Shown here: positions 13,201-25,844 of the stretch, one piece after another
Layout of the letters: every line of letters begins with the position of its first letter
How positions within the stretch are numbered: position 1 is the stretch's first letter
Assembly: GCF_046119375.1 (NCBI RefSeq)
Contig: NW_027362761.1
Location: 283,092,001-283,156,000, forward strand
Source: Phyllobates terribilis
Taxonomy: Eukaryota
Direction: 5' to 3'
DNA length: 64,000 nt
Notes under the pieces: model-generated
What the model was told of the DNA's origin: nothing
Databases searched by the model: none
Seen by the model: the letters and a program-made list of their open reading frames with translations, nothing else
Program-made: the position numbers and the translations under genes

Positions 13201-13623
13201 AGCAGGCGAGGGGCACAAATATGGAAATGGACCAGTGAACAGCTCATCAGAGTGTCCAAGTGTGGGATCAGTTGCTGTCTGACGACACTCGGCATGGAAG
13301 GAGGAAGGAGCATCAGGGTGAGGAGGAGTATGCGGTCGAGACTCACGGCTACTAAGATTTGACCGTGTGGAAGACAGACCGGAGGTGGTGGTGCTCAGGT
13401 AACTGGAAGTATTATCTGCTATCCAATTAATAACCTGTTCACACTGATCAGTTCGCAATACTGGTCTTGGTCTGTGCTTCCCTAGTAATTCGGTCAAGAA
13501 GTGGGAGCGAGAAGATGTGGCTGTTGGTTGTGGCACATTTTCACCTTGGCCACGGCCCCGTCCTCTGCACGCACCATCACCACAACATCCACTTCCACGT
13601 CCATTGCCACGCGCTTTGCCCAT
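10262..13623 (-). pseudogene. BED-finger hAT transposase, frameshifted or interrupted (ORF pieces 13623-12298, 12240-11893, 11899-11180, 11071-10262)
   Basis: BED finger (VWNFF..AICTTC..MIRHMAAKH), LALEMLPFRLV, VHLTTDTWTS (D1), VVCDNG (D2), HVPCLAH (CxxH), CDVPTCWNS, and the dimerisation motif WVSKLDTW..CPAASVLSERVFSAAG (E). Confidence 0.93.
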
Positions 13624-13683
13624 TGTAAAGGAAGTAAAATAGCTTACACTCGCACTATCAATGGAAAAAGGTTAATAAAAAGG

Positions 13684-14350
13684 AGATTAGAACCGTGGAA
13701 GAGGAAAACCACAGTTCTATTTCTCTGGCCTACACCCGACTCTTTTAAACAATCAGAACAATCAGGGATAAACAATTACTGTTTTTCGTTATGGAAAAAA
13801 TACCAAAACCTGAATAATAGAGATTTTTTACCGTGGAATGGCAAAACCACAGTTATTGTTTACTGGGGTATACCATAAAATTTTAAATATATATATATTT
13901 GCGGAAAAACAGTGAGCGACACACTCAAACTGTTTTTTTTTAGATACAAAAGGCCCACAACTGGATACTACAGAGATTTGACCCGTGGAAATACAAAACC
14001 ACACTGGGATTTGTCGGGCCTACAACAGACTATTTTCAACAGGTATATTTTTGTGTCAGAACAGTCAGGAGACATTACTTTTTTTCTTTAAGGCCAAAAA
14101 AGCGAAAAGCAGGATAATAGAGATTTTTTACCGTGGAACAGCAAACCCACAGTTATAATTTACTGGTGTATACCAGACTTTTTTAAATATATAGATTTGC
14201 GGCTGAACAGTGAGCGACACACTCAAACTGTTTATTTTTAGATACAAAAGGCCCAAAAATGGATACTACAGAGATTTGACCCGTGGAAATGCAAAACCAC
14301 ACTTCTGTTTCTGTGGCCTATACCAGACTCTTTTCAACAGATATATTTGT
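13684..14350. repeat. Degenerate direct repeats (~300-bp period) upstream of the transposase
   Basis: 13818-14005 resembles 14118-14305. The motif GAGATT..CCGTGGAA..AAAACCACA occurs five times. Confidence 0.75.
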
Positions 14351-14745
14351 GTCTGAGAAATCAGAGACACACTTTTTTTTTGGGGGGGGGGGACAGCAAT
14401 ATGTTAATAAGATGGGTATTTGTACAGTGTGAAGGAGGAGAAAAAAAAGAGGATTTAGATGAAAAAAAAAGGATTTTTACTGGCCCCCGAGACCATGAGC
14501 TAAGTCAAGCAATTTCAGAAACAGGAGCACACAGGACTGTAATGCAGCGTTTGCTGGTATAACCACTGCGTCTCCTATACAGCCTGCCTGCCTGCCTGCC
14601 TGATATCTGGGATGGATATTAGTCCTGAGAAGGACTGTTTGTTCTGGCAGCCTTTACAGACCCTACACTAACTATTTTGCAGGAAAAATCTCTCCCTAGC
14701 TCAGCAGCGCTGTTCCTACACTGTCTAATCTGGAGCGACTGTGTC

Positions 14746-14801
14746 CAAGATGGCGGCGCCCGGTTTTAAATACTCGAGGTGATGCTGTGCGGCCAGCCAA
14801 T
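14746..14801. promoter_or_regulatory. Possible internal promoter motifs at the hAT 5' end (YY1-like CAAGATGGCGGC; CCAAT)
   Basis: Motif match only, in the CpG-rich subterminal region upstream of the minus-strand transposase. Confidence 0.25.
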
Positions 14802-15870
14802 CACTGTAATGCCCACAAACAACATGGCTGCGGCATTACAGTGACTGGCTGGCAATCCCTGCATGTTCATTGGCTCTGTAAAGAGCGCCAAACATGCAGG
14901 GCAGAGACCCGAGCTCCCGCCCGAGTAACCCGGAAATGCTCGGTGCTCGCCGAACATCCCGAGTAGCGTGATGCTCGGGCGAGTACCGAGCAGTGTCGAG
15001 CATGCTCGCTCAACACTAACAGTAATGGAAACTAATATAGCTTAGCTCTAATGGGGGTCATTTGGTTTCAATGAATGTGTCCAGCATTTGGTGGATACCC
15101 TAATGGAAACTAAACAGACACCATTATAGATAAATTGCATGTATGATGGCTTTTGCGTCTGTCAAGCGCCAAATACAGTTTGTAACAAAACTGATGGTAG
15201 TTCTAGTGCCATATTCCTGTGGCTTTGGTAACATATTCATGTACTGATGGTGGTTCTAGTCATGTATTCGTGTAGCGATGGTTGTTCTGGTGCTGTGTTT
15301 CATGTACTACTGATGCCTCTCGTGATGTACTTATGTAGTGATTATAGTTCTGCTGCTGTATTCATCAACAGAACAATCATCAACACATAAATATGAAACT
15401 AAAGTCATCATCAGTACATAAATAGAACACCAGAGTCATCAATAGTACATAAATACAGCACCAAAACCATCATCAGTAAATATATAGGTCAATATACCCA
15501 TCATCAGTACATGAATACATTAAATGCATCACCAGAAACATAATTAGTGCATGAATATATCACGAGAACCACTTTTAGTAAATAAATACAACATCAGAAT
15601 CACCATCAGTACAGAAATATGTCACCAGAACAACCATGAGTACATAACTACATCACCAAGCTTAGGAAAGCATCAATCAATTGTGATGTCAAGTCAGCCC
15701 CATATATATTTGTATTGCATGAACCTACAACTCCCAGTATGTCCTTAGCAATGGTAAGATACTGGGAGTTGTTGTCAGTTATCATCAGACTGGGGACCAT
15801 GCAGGAACCACAGTGCTGATAAGATGCAGTCAGTAGCAACAAATAAACATTTACATCCAGGTAGCTTATG

Positions 15871-16436
15871 AAGTTGAAACCAGACGTTTACATACACTAT
15901 ATAAAAAGACACATATGCATGTTTTTCTCAATATCTGACATGAAATCAGAATAAACCTTTCCCGTTTTAGGTCAATTAGGATTATCATAATTTTTAATAT
16001 TTGCCAAGTGCCAGAATAATGAGAGATACAAAATGTTTTAAGGCATTTTTATTACTCACTGCAAAGTCAAAAGTTTATATACATTTCAGTAGTATTTGGT
16101 ACCATTGCCCTTAAACTGAATCATTTAGGTCAAACTTTTGGGATATCCTTCCACAAGCTTCTCACAATAGTTGGTCTGAATTTGGGCCCATTTCTCCTGA
16201 CAAAACTGGTGTAACTGATTCAGGTTTGTAGGTCACCTTGCTCGCACCTGCCTTTTCAGCTTTGCTCATAAATTTTCAATAGGATTGAGATCTGGGCTTT
16301 GTGATGGCCACTCCAAAACATTGACTTTGTTATCCTTAAGCTACTTTGTTACCATTTTGGCAGGATGCTTCTGGTCATTGTCCATTTGGAAGACCCATTT
16401 CCGCCCAAGCTTTAGCTTCCTGGCTGATGTCTTGAG
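15871..16436 (-). mobile_element. 3' part of a DD34E Tc1 (Sleeping Beauty/Tdr1-like) transposon, cut by a hAT insertion
   Basis: Terminus AAGTTGAAACCAGACGTTTACATACACT. Minus strand translates WVFQMDNDQKH..KVNVLEWPSQSPDLNPIENL, with 34 residues between D and E and internal stops. Confidence 0.88.
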
Positions 16437-17355
16437 TAGAGATGAGCGTTGTTCTACTCGAACTGTTCGCCAATCTCAAATTCGAGCTGTTTTGGGCGGT
16501 GTTCGAGCCGGTCGGCGAACACGAACAATTTGAGAAAAATTCGGCTGTTCGAGGTTATGTTCGATAACTGTTCGCGCACCAAAATCATAACTGGATTTTT
16601 TCTCAGTAATGATGAAAATTAATGTTAATACGCAGTTTGAGTGTACAGCGGGGCGGGGGGAGGGGCAGGGGATGGATCTCTGCAGGAACAATGAAGATCT
16701 CCATTTTTTTTTCTCTTTCCCGCATTTGCAGTGGGGAGGTGCAATCTGTCAGCCTATCAGCAGCGCACACACGGAGCGAAGTGCTTTTTTTCACACAAGC
16801 AAGGGCATGTGTGATTGGCAGTGTATGTCACATGTCCTTGCCCTATAAGACCAAGCCATTTTCCCCGTCGCCACCATTTTCTCACTGCTGCAGCTGCGTG
16901 TTAGACGGCACCGCTGTTGCTGTGTGCGCTATACCTTGTTAATTTCAAGCCAATTTTCGCACAAATATACAGATAGCTTGGGAGTAGGGAATAGTTGTGA
17001 TTGCAGTCCTTTTAAGGACTAGGTTACAGCATTTCCTACGACTTTTATCAAGCAGGTCTGTGCTCTTAAATAGATAGATTGTGGGAGTAAAGACTAATTG
17101 TAATTGGAGTCCTTTTCAGGACTAGGTTACATCAGTTCCTATCAGTTTTTGCCAGGCAGGTCTGTGCCAGTGCTGTGCAAGTTTTTTTCACAGCATTTGG
17201 CTGAATCTAGCAAAGCTAATCCTTTTTGGCCTATTGCAGAGTGTGTTAGTCAGTGGAGTAGCCTATCTGTGTTGCAAGATATACCACCAGTGTATAGAAT
17301 ACCAATTTTTTTACTGCACCTAGTGAAGTAAAATCTTTTGGGCATAGCATCATTC

Positions 17356-20278
17356 TATTAGTCCATCTATACTGACCTCCATCAGGTTGCAAATTAAAAA
17401 TAATTTTTTTCTGCATCTAGCTCTGAAAAAATATTTGGGCTTCTAGCAGTGTGTGGGACTTGGTCTATTAGTCCATCTATACTGACCTCCATCAGGTTGC
17501 AAATTAAAAATAATTTTTTTCTTCATTTATCTCTGAAAAAATATTTGGGCTTCTAGCAGCGTGTGGGACTTGTTCTATTAGTCCATCTATACTGACCTCC
17601 ATCAGGTTGCAAATTAAAAATAATTTTTTTCTGCATCTAGCTCTGAAAAAATATTTGGGCTTCTAGCAGTGTGTGGGACTTGGTCTATTAGTCCATCTAT
17701 ACTGACCTCCATCAGGTTGCAAATTAAAAATAATTTTTTTCTGCATCTAGCTCTGAAAAAATATTTGGGCTTCTAGCAGTGTGTGGGACTTGGTCTATTA
17801 GTCCATCTATACTGACCTCCATCAGGTTGCAAATTGAATAAAAAAATTTTCTGCATCTAGCTCTGAAAAAATATTTGGGCTTCTAGCGGTGTGTGGGACT
17901 TGGTCTATTAGTCCATCTATACTGACCTCCATCAGGTTGCAAATTAAAAATAATTTTTTTCTGCATCTAGCTCTGAAAAAATATTTGGGTTTCTAGCAGT
18001 GTGTGGGACTTGGTCTATTAGTCCATCTATACTGACCTCCATCAGGTTGCAAATTAAAAATAATTTTTTTCTTCATTTAGCTCTGAAAAAATATTTGGGC
18101 TTCTAGCAGTGTGTGGGACTTGTTCTATTAGTCCTTCTATACTGACCTCCAGCAGGTTGCAAATTGAATATAATTTTTTTCTGCATCTAGCTCTGAAAAA
18201 ATATTTGGGCTTCTAGCGGTGTGTGGGACTTGGTCTATTAGTCCATCTATACTGACCTCCATCAGGTTGCAAATTAAAAATAATTTTTTTCTGCATCTAG
18301 CTCTGAAAAAATATTTGGGCTTCTAGCAGTGTGTGGGACTTGGTCTATTAGTCCATCTATACTGACCTCCATCAGGTTGCAAATTAAAAATAATTTTTTT
18401 CTGCATCTAGCTCTGAAAAAATATTTGGGCTTCTAGCAGTGTGTGGGACTTGGTCTATTAGTCCATCTATACTGACCTCCATCAGGTTGCAAATTAAAAA
18501 TAATTTTTTTCTTCATTTATCTCTGAAAAAATATTTGGGCTTCTAGCAGCGTGTGGGACTTGTTCTATTAGTCCATCTATACTGACCTCCATCAGGTTGC
18601 AAATTAAAAATAATTTTTTTCTGCATCTAGCTCTGAAAAAATATTTGGGCTTCTAGCAGTGTGTGGGACTTGGTCTATTAGTCCATCTATACTGACCTCC
18701 ATCAGGTTGCAAATTAAAAATATTTTTTTTCTTCATTTAGCTCTGAAAAAATATTTGGGCTTCTAGCAGTGTGTGGGACTTGTTCTATTAGTCCTTCTAT
18801 ACTGACCTCCAGCAGGTTGCAAATTGAATATAATTTTTTTCTGCATCTAGCTCTGAAAAAATATTTGGGCTTCTAGCGGTGTGTGGGACTTGGTCTATTA
18901 GTCCATCTATACTGACCTCCATCAGGTTGCAAATTAAAAGTAATTTTTTTCTGCATCTAGCTCTGAAAAAATATTTGGGCTTCTAGCAGTGTGTGGGACT
19001 TGGTCTATTAGTCCATCTATACTGACCTCCATCAGGTTGCAAATTGAATAAAAAAAATTTCTGCATCTAGCTCTGAAAAAATATTTGGGCTTCTAGCGGT
19101 GTGTGGGACTTGGTCTATTAGTCCATCTATACTGACCTCCATCAGGTTGCAAATTAAAAATAATTTTTTTCTTCATTTAGCTCTGAAAAAATATTTGGGC
19201 TTCTAGCAGTGTGTGGGACTTGTTCTATTAGTCCTTCTATACTGACCTCCAGCAGGTTGCAAATTGAATATAATTTTTTTCTGCATCTAGCTCTGAAAAA
19301 ATATTTGGGCTTCTAGCGGTGTGTGGGACTTGGTCTATTAGTCCATCTATACTGACCTCCATCAGGTTGCAAATTAAAAATAATTTTTTTCTGCATCTAG
19401 CTCTGAAAAAATATTTGGGCTTCTAGCAGTGTGTGGGACTTGGTCTATTAGTCCATCTATACTGACCTCCATCAGGTTGCAAATTAAAAATAATTTTTTT
19501 CTGCATCTAGCTCTGAAAAAATATTTGGGCTTCTAGCAGTGTGTGGGACTTGGTCTATTAGTCCATCTATACTGACCTCCATCAGGTTGCAAATTAAAAA
19601 TAATTTTTTTCTTCATTTATCTCTGAAAAAATATTTGGGCTTCTAGCAGCGTGTGGGACTTGTTCTATTAGTCCATCTATACTGACCTCCATCAGGTTGC
19701 AAATTAAAAATAATTTTTTTCTGCATCTAGCTCTGAAAAAATATTTGGGCTTCTAGCAGTGTGTGGGACTTGGTCTATTAGTCCATCTATACTGACCTCC
19801 ATCAGGTTGCAAATTAAAAATATTTTTTTTCTTCATTTAGCTCTGAAAAAATATTTGGGCTTCTAGCAGTGTGTGGGACTTGTTCTATTAGTCCTTCTAT
19901 ACTGACCTCCAGCAGGTTGCAAATTGAATATAATTTTTTTCTGCATCTAGCTCTGAAAAAATATTTGGGCTTCTAGCGGTGTGTGGGACTTGGTCTATTA
20001 GTCCATCTATACTGACCTCCATCAGGTTGCAAATTAAAAGTAATTTTTTTCTGCATCTAGCTCTGAAAAAATATTTGGGCTTCTAGCAGTGTGTGGGACT
20101 TGGTCTATTAGTCCATCTATACTGACCTCCATCAGGTTGCAAATTGAATAAAAAAAATTTCTGCATCTAGCTCTGAAAAAATATTTGGGCTTCTAGCGGT
20201 GTGTGGGACTTGGTCTATTAGTCCATCTATACTGACCTCCATCAGGTTGCAAATTAAAAATAATTTTTTTCTGCATCT
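17356..20278. repeat. 110-bp satellite array (~26 copies) with a 1100-bp block duplication
   Basis: GTCCATCTATACTGACCTCCATCAGG at 17471, 17581, 17691 and onward. Variant markers recur at +1100 (18511/19611, 18131/19231, 18791/19891, 18931/20031, 19041/20141). Confidence 0.95.
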
Positions 20279-20395
20279 AACCCAGCCAATAGTTTTGGCC
20301 TAATACCACAGTTTGGCCACTCAGCTCTGCTCGGTTACCATCCATTGTTTTTTTGTGCAAACAACTCCAGAGTTGTGAATTAGTTAACCACCAAA

Positions 20396-23300
20396 ATGAG
20401 TGGAAAAAGGCCTGCTGCTGGTGGAAAGGGGAATAGGCGTGTTGGGAAGGGGAAAAAAGGTTGTGTCCGTGGGGTAGGTGCAGAAGAAAGACCATCTTCC
20501 AGCCAAACTAAAATGTCTACTTCTTTTAGCGGACAATGAGATAAGATCCCTTTCTTACGGCCACGCCAATCGCTACAAATTCCAGATGAGGCACAAAAAC
20601 AGCAGGTGCTTCAACGGATATCAAGTGCTCCTTTAAGTGGGCTCTCCTCCACATCAACTTCAACATCACAAATACTCCAGTCCTCAAAGGTGTCACCCAA
20701 ATCGCACTTGCTTCCTCACAGCTCCCAAATCTCCAGCTGCCCGTCTGAGTATGAGGTAGAACAGATGGTTGAGTCTGCAGAGCTGTTTACTCATACTATA
20801 GCCTGGGAATCAGAGGTCGACTCCAGCGCTTCTGTGAATCCAGACGAGGAAATGATCTGCACTGATGCCCAGAATCTTTATGAGTCGGATCCAGGACCAG
20901 ACGCAGAAGGTTCTGACCATAATGTAGACCCTCATTCCCAAACTGTAACTCCTGTTGGTGGAGACAATGAGGAAGACGATGATAAGACTCAAATACCTGA
21001 TTGGAGCGACAACTTTAGTTTTTTGTCAGGGCAGGAACAGGTTGGCTCTGAGGACGACGGGTGTGATAACACACAGGGTGATGATGATGAGGTCGGAGAT
21101 CCCACTTACTGTCAACCCACAGTCAGCCAAGAGATGAGGTCAGCAGAGGAGGTGGAGGAAGATGCTAGTGACGACGAGGTCAGGTTGCGCCTTCCTGGAC
21201 AGAGACGTAGTACTGGAAGCACGTCAACAACTGCATCCTCAAACACAACTCTGCCTCTCACCACAAGTCGTGGTGGCTCTTCAGGTCGCATGGGTGCTAA
21301 GCCTTGCATAGCCTGGGCATTTTTTCAGATCGATAAAGATGACCCAACTCGTGTTATCTGTAACATTTGTCAGCAAAAGCTAAGTAGAGGCCAAAAAATA
21401 CATAGTTTGAGTACTTCATGCATGAACCGGCACATGGACATGAAGCATAAGTTGCAGTGGGAAGCTCAGTGTGCTACAATGCGGCCTAGCCGGCCGGGCC
21501 AACCACCGTCTGCCATATCTTGTGCATCCGCGGCCTCTTCATCCTCTGTGACTGGGGGGACAGCAGTCACACCTGTTTTGGGGCGCAGACCTGCCACCTC
21601 TTTACCCGCAACAGCCAGCGTGATTGGCAGGTCATCATTTTCTTTGGACTTGGTAACACCAGCTGGTCTTGAGCGCTGTCCGACATCGATAGCACCACCT
21701 TTGGATCAAGGCAACCTAACATGTCCGCCTGCATCTTCCTCACAGACCGGCAGTTTGCCGGGGACACCCTTATCAACCCCGTCTAAGCACAATAGCCAGC
21801 CCTCGGTCCCTCAGATGTGGACAAGTAAAAGACCATTTCCTCCTAGCCATGAGAAAGCTAAGAGGTTGAATTTCACCATCTGCAAGCTCTTGGCTACAGA
21901 AATGCTGCCTTTCCGCCTGGTGGACACAGAGGATTTTCGAGACCTTATGTCCGTCGCAGTGCCCCAGTACCAGATGCCCAGTCGGCACTACTTCTCAAAG
22001 AAAGGTGTGCCTGCGCTCCACCAGCATGTCGCACACAACATCACCGCTTCTTTGAGAAACTCTGTGTGTGACAGGGTGCATTTCACCACAGACACTTGGA
22101 CGAGTAGGCATGGACAGGGGCGTTACATGTCGCTGAGTGGGCACTGGGTAACTATGGTGACAGCAGGACAAGGGGCTGCTGTCCAAGTCTTGCCGTCCCC
22201 ACGAGTTGTGCGTCAATCCTCTTTATGTCAAAGTTCCTCCACTGCTTCTGCCTCCTCAACCTCCTCTCGGTCTTCCACCTGCACCCAAAGCCTGTCTGGT
22301 CATGCCACAAGCTTTCTAACTGCGCAGAAGGGATCCTGCACACCTCCTTACTATGCTGGCAGCAGGGCTCAACGGCATCAGGCGGTGTTTACTTTGAAAT
22401 ATCTGGGAAATGTGAGTCACACAGCTGAGGATTTGTGCTCAGCTCTGGAGTTTCATGAATGGTTGTCTCCACTGGACCTGCAACCAGGGAAGGCCGTGTG
22501 CGACAGTGCTGCAAACCTGGGTGCGGCCCTTCGCCGGGGCAATGTCACACATGTGCCTTGTATGGCTCACGCATTGAACCTGGCTGTCCAGCAATTTTTA
22601 GCCCACTATCCCAGACTAGATGGCCTTCTGCAGAGGGCACGGTCGCTGTGTGCTCACTTCCGCCGTTCGCATCCCGCAGCTCAGCGACTTACATCTCTAC
22701 AGAAGTCGTTGGGCCTGCCACTTCACCGGCTAAAATGCGATGTGCCTACCCGGTGGAATTCAACTCTGCACATGTTGCAGCGACTGTGGCAGCACCGACA
22801 AGCCCTGGTCCAATACGTTCTGACGTATAGCCTGGGCCAACGAGATTCAGAGGTGGGGCAAATCACGCTGGAGGAGTGGTCTCAGATCAGGGACCTATGC
22901 ACCCTTCTGCACAGTTTTGAAATGGCGACGAAGATGTTTAGTGCTGACGATGCCATTATCAGCATGACTATTCCGGTGATTTACATGCTGGAGCACATGT
23001 TAAACAGAATTCGGAGTCAGGTGGTGGCACAAGAGGAGGTGGAGGAAGTAGAGGAGGAGGAGTTGTATGCGGAAGGGCTAACATCTGCAAGGTCCAGACG
23101 GTCGGCAGCACCAAGGCGGCAGGCATGTGAGGGTGGGGGAGATGATTTTACCAGGGCGCATGGTAGCAGCCAAACTAGTGAGGAAGGTGCAGGAGCCCAG
23201 GAAGAAGTGGAGGACGAACAGATGGAAGACTCATCAGATGAGGGAGACCTTGATCACATTTCTGTTGTGCGAGGTTCGGGGGAGAGGACAGAGGAAGGAA

Positions 23301-24070
23301 GCATGATTGTTACCTCGCCACCAACACAACAGGGACTTGGTGCTCCTGGATGCGCAACACACATGAGTGCCTTCTTGCTGCACTACCTGCAACATGACCC
23401 TCGAATTGTGAGAATTAGAAATAATCCTGACTACTGGGTTGCCACACTGTTAGATCCCTGGTACAAAAGTAAATTTGCAGAAATTATTCCTGCCATAGAA
23501 AGGGATGCACGCATGCAGGAGTATCAGCAGAGACTGTTGCAGAATCTTACATGTGCTTTTCCACAAAATACCAGTGGTGCACGTAGTGAATCTCACAGTT
23601 CCAACTTGCCAACCGTGGGACCGTCAAGTGTTCAGCACTCAAACCGTAACCGAACCACAGTATCTGCTGGTAACATCAATTTTGCGGAATCATTTCACCA
23701 CTTTTTTAGCCCATCCTTTGCAAGGCCACAGGAGACAAGAAGTCTGACACATAGTCAACGCCTAGAGACGATGGTACAGGAGTATCTCCAAGTAAACATT
23801 GAAGCCACAACTGTGTCACTGGACCCTTGCTCTTTTTGGGCTTCCAATCTGGATAAATGGCCGGAGCTAGCCACTTACGCCTTGGAGATCTTGTCATGCC
23901 CCGCAGCCAGCGTTCTGTCTGAACGTGTGTTCAGCGCTGCTGGTGGTGTGCTGACAGATAAGCGCACGCGGCTCTCCACTGATAATGTAGACAGACTCAC
24001 GTTCATAAAGATGAACAAATCATGGATCCGAAACGACTTTTCTACCCCTGTGTCATCCTGGGGAGAGTAA
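20396..24070 (+). CDS. BED-finger hAT transposase (ZBED/Ac-like), 1224 codons from ATG 20396 with one TGA at 20537-20539; open for 1101 aa from ATG 20765
   Basis: BED finger (AWAFF..VICNIC..MNRHMDMKH), VHFTTDTWTS, AVCDSAAN, HVPCMAH, KCDVPTRWNS, FWASNLDKW..CPAASVLSERVFSAAG. The ORF-track start at 20606 is a GTG; the upstream ATG at 20396 is in the same frame. Confidence 0.92.
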
Positions 24071-24407
24071 AAGCTTGATGATTGGTTAAAATCACCCTAC
24101 CAACCGTTTTAAGCTTTCAAATTACTAATCATGTTTATCTGTATCTTGACTGGAAAATAATTTGGGCTTTGTAGCAGTGTGCAGCACTGATCTTATTAGG
24201 CCATCTATAATAAGCTTCACCAGATTTAAAATTAAAAATAATTTTTAGCTGCATCTAGCCCGGAAAATAATATTGGGGCTCCGAGATGCGCAAGACACAT
24301 AAGTGCCTTCTTGCTGCACTACCTGCAGCATGACCCTCATATTGTCAGAATTCGAAGTAATCATGACTACTGGGTTGCCACACTCTTAGATCCCCCAAAC
24401 TTTTCGA

Positions 24408-25769
24408 TCAACCTTTTCATTTTAATAAAGACCAAAAAAATGGTCATTTTTGAAATTATAAGCATTAGCAGGTTGTTAGAAACTGAAATCAAACAGTTTT
24501 CAACTCAAAACTTTATTCTAGGTGATGTTACATTTTCACATAGGACCCCTTGTTCGAAAGGAGCTTCTGAACTCTCTCGTCCATTGAATTTGTCAGGTTT
24601 TGGATGGTTTCTGCTTCAATTGTTTTGCATGAGGACAGAATACCCTCCCACAGCTGTTGCTTAGATGTGAACTGCCTCCCGCCATCATAGACACTCCTTT
24701 TAATGATGCTCCAAAGGTTCTGAATGGGGTAGAGGTCAGGGGAGCATGGGGGTCACACCATAAGTTTGTCCCCTTTTATGCCCATATCAGCCAGAGATGC
24801 AGATGTTTTATGTGCAGCATGAGATGGTGCATTATCATGCAGAAAAATGATCTTGCTGTGAAATACACGGTTCTTCTTCTTGAACCATGGCAGGAAGTGC
24901 TGTTTGAGAAAATCCACATACATTATGGAGTTCATCTTTAGCGCCTTCAGGGATCCTAAAGGGGCCGACAATCTCTCTCCCCATGATTCCAGCCCAAAAC
25001 ATTACTCCACCTCCTCCTTGTTGGCGCTGTATCCGTGTTTGCGTGGGGTGTTCATCAACCAGCCATCCTCCACTCCATTCATCTGGACCATCGAGCGCTG
25101 CACGGCACTCATCCGTGAACAAAACAGTTTTGAAATCAGTCTTCATGTAATGTTTGGCCCACTGGAGCCGTTTCTGCTTGTGTGAAGTGGATAGAGGAGG
25201 TCGACAGGATGGCGTATGCACAGCTGCAAACCTCTGAAGGACCCTGCATCTTGTTGTTCGGGGGACGTTGGAGGCACAAGCAGCTTCAAAAACTTGTCTG
25301 CTGCTATGACAAGGCTTTTTTGCCGCTGCTCTTTCAACCTGACGTAATTGCCTGTAGGAAAGAGTCCTCAATTTGCCCTTATCAGCACGCACACGTGTGT
25401 ACTGTGAATCAGCTACATACTTCTTGATTGCCAAGACACTTCATCCTGATCATCGCACAATGTTGATTGTAGTCATGCCTTGACCTAAACACTCCACAAT
25501 TTGTTGCTTCTCAGCAGCCGACACATCCTTTTTCTTTCCCATTTTGGCAGAAAATGTAGGCTGCTTAATAATGTGAGAGAGCCTTCTTAAGTAGTCTTGC
25601 CTTTCATTGGACACACCTGCCAAACTAATTAGCACAGGTGTCTGCAATTGCTTACAGTGATATAAAGAGCCCTGACACACATCACCATCAATGAGTTTAA
25701 CTGACAAACAAACAAATTCTTCCCTTATCACTCCTAAACACTTTTTGCATAATAATTTGGAACGCAGTG
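24408..25769 (-). mobile_element. DD37E (TRT-type) Tc1 transposon nested in the hAT, 3' end truncated, transposase frameshifted (about 25542-24528)
   Basis: TIR ..TGCATAATAATTTGGAACGCAGTG followed by TA. Translation: MGKKKDVS.., FTDECRAALDGP, HDNAPSH, SPDL.P.ENLW. Confidence 0.9.
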
Positions 25770-25844
25770 TACATGTGCTTTTCCACAAAACACCAGTGGT
25801 TCACGTAGTGAATCTTACAGTTCTAACTTGCCAACCGTGGTCTG

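Larger units (their letters stand above)
2449..15018 (-). mobile_element. Giant hAT (Ac-type) DNA transposon, 12,570 bp, perfect 8-bp TSD ACAGTAAT
   Basis: TIRs TAGTGTTGAGAGAGCA / TGCTCGCTCAACACTA. ACAGTAAT lies at 2441-2448 and 15019-15026. CTCGGG/CCGAG subterminal repeats at both ends. Contains a hAT transposase pseudogene on the minus strand. Confidence 0.93.

Noticed and set aside
12399-13346. Multiple overlapping 60-170-aa ORFs on both strands across the hAT transposases
   Set aside because: These are shadow frames of GC-rich coding sequence.
15230-15660. CATCAGTACAT-rich degenerate repeats (also 43990-44150)
   Set aside because: Low-complexity decayed minisatellite with no stable period or boundaries.
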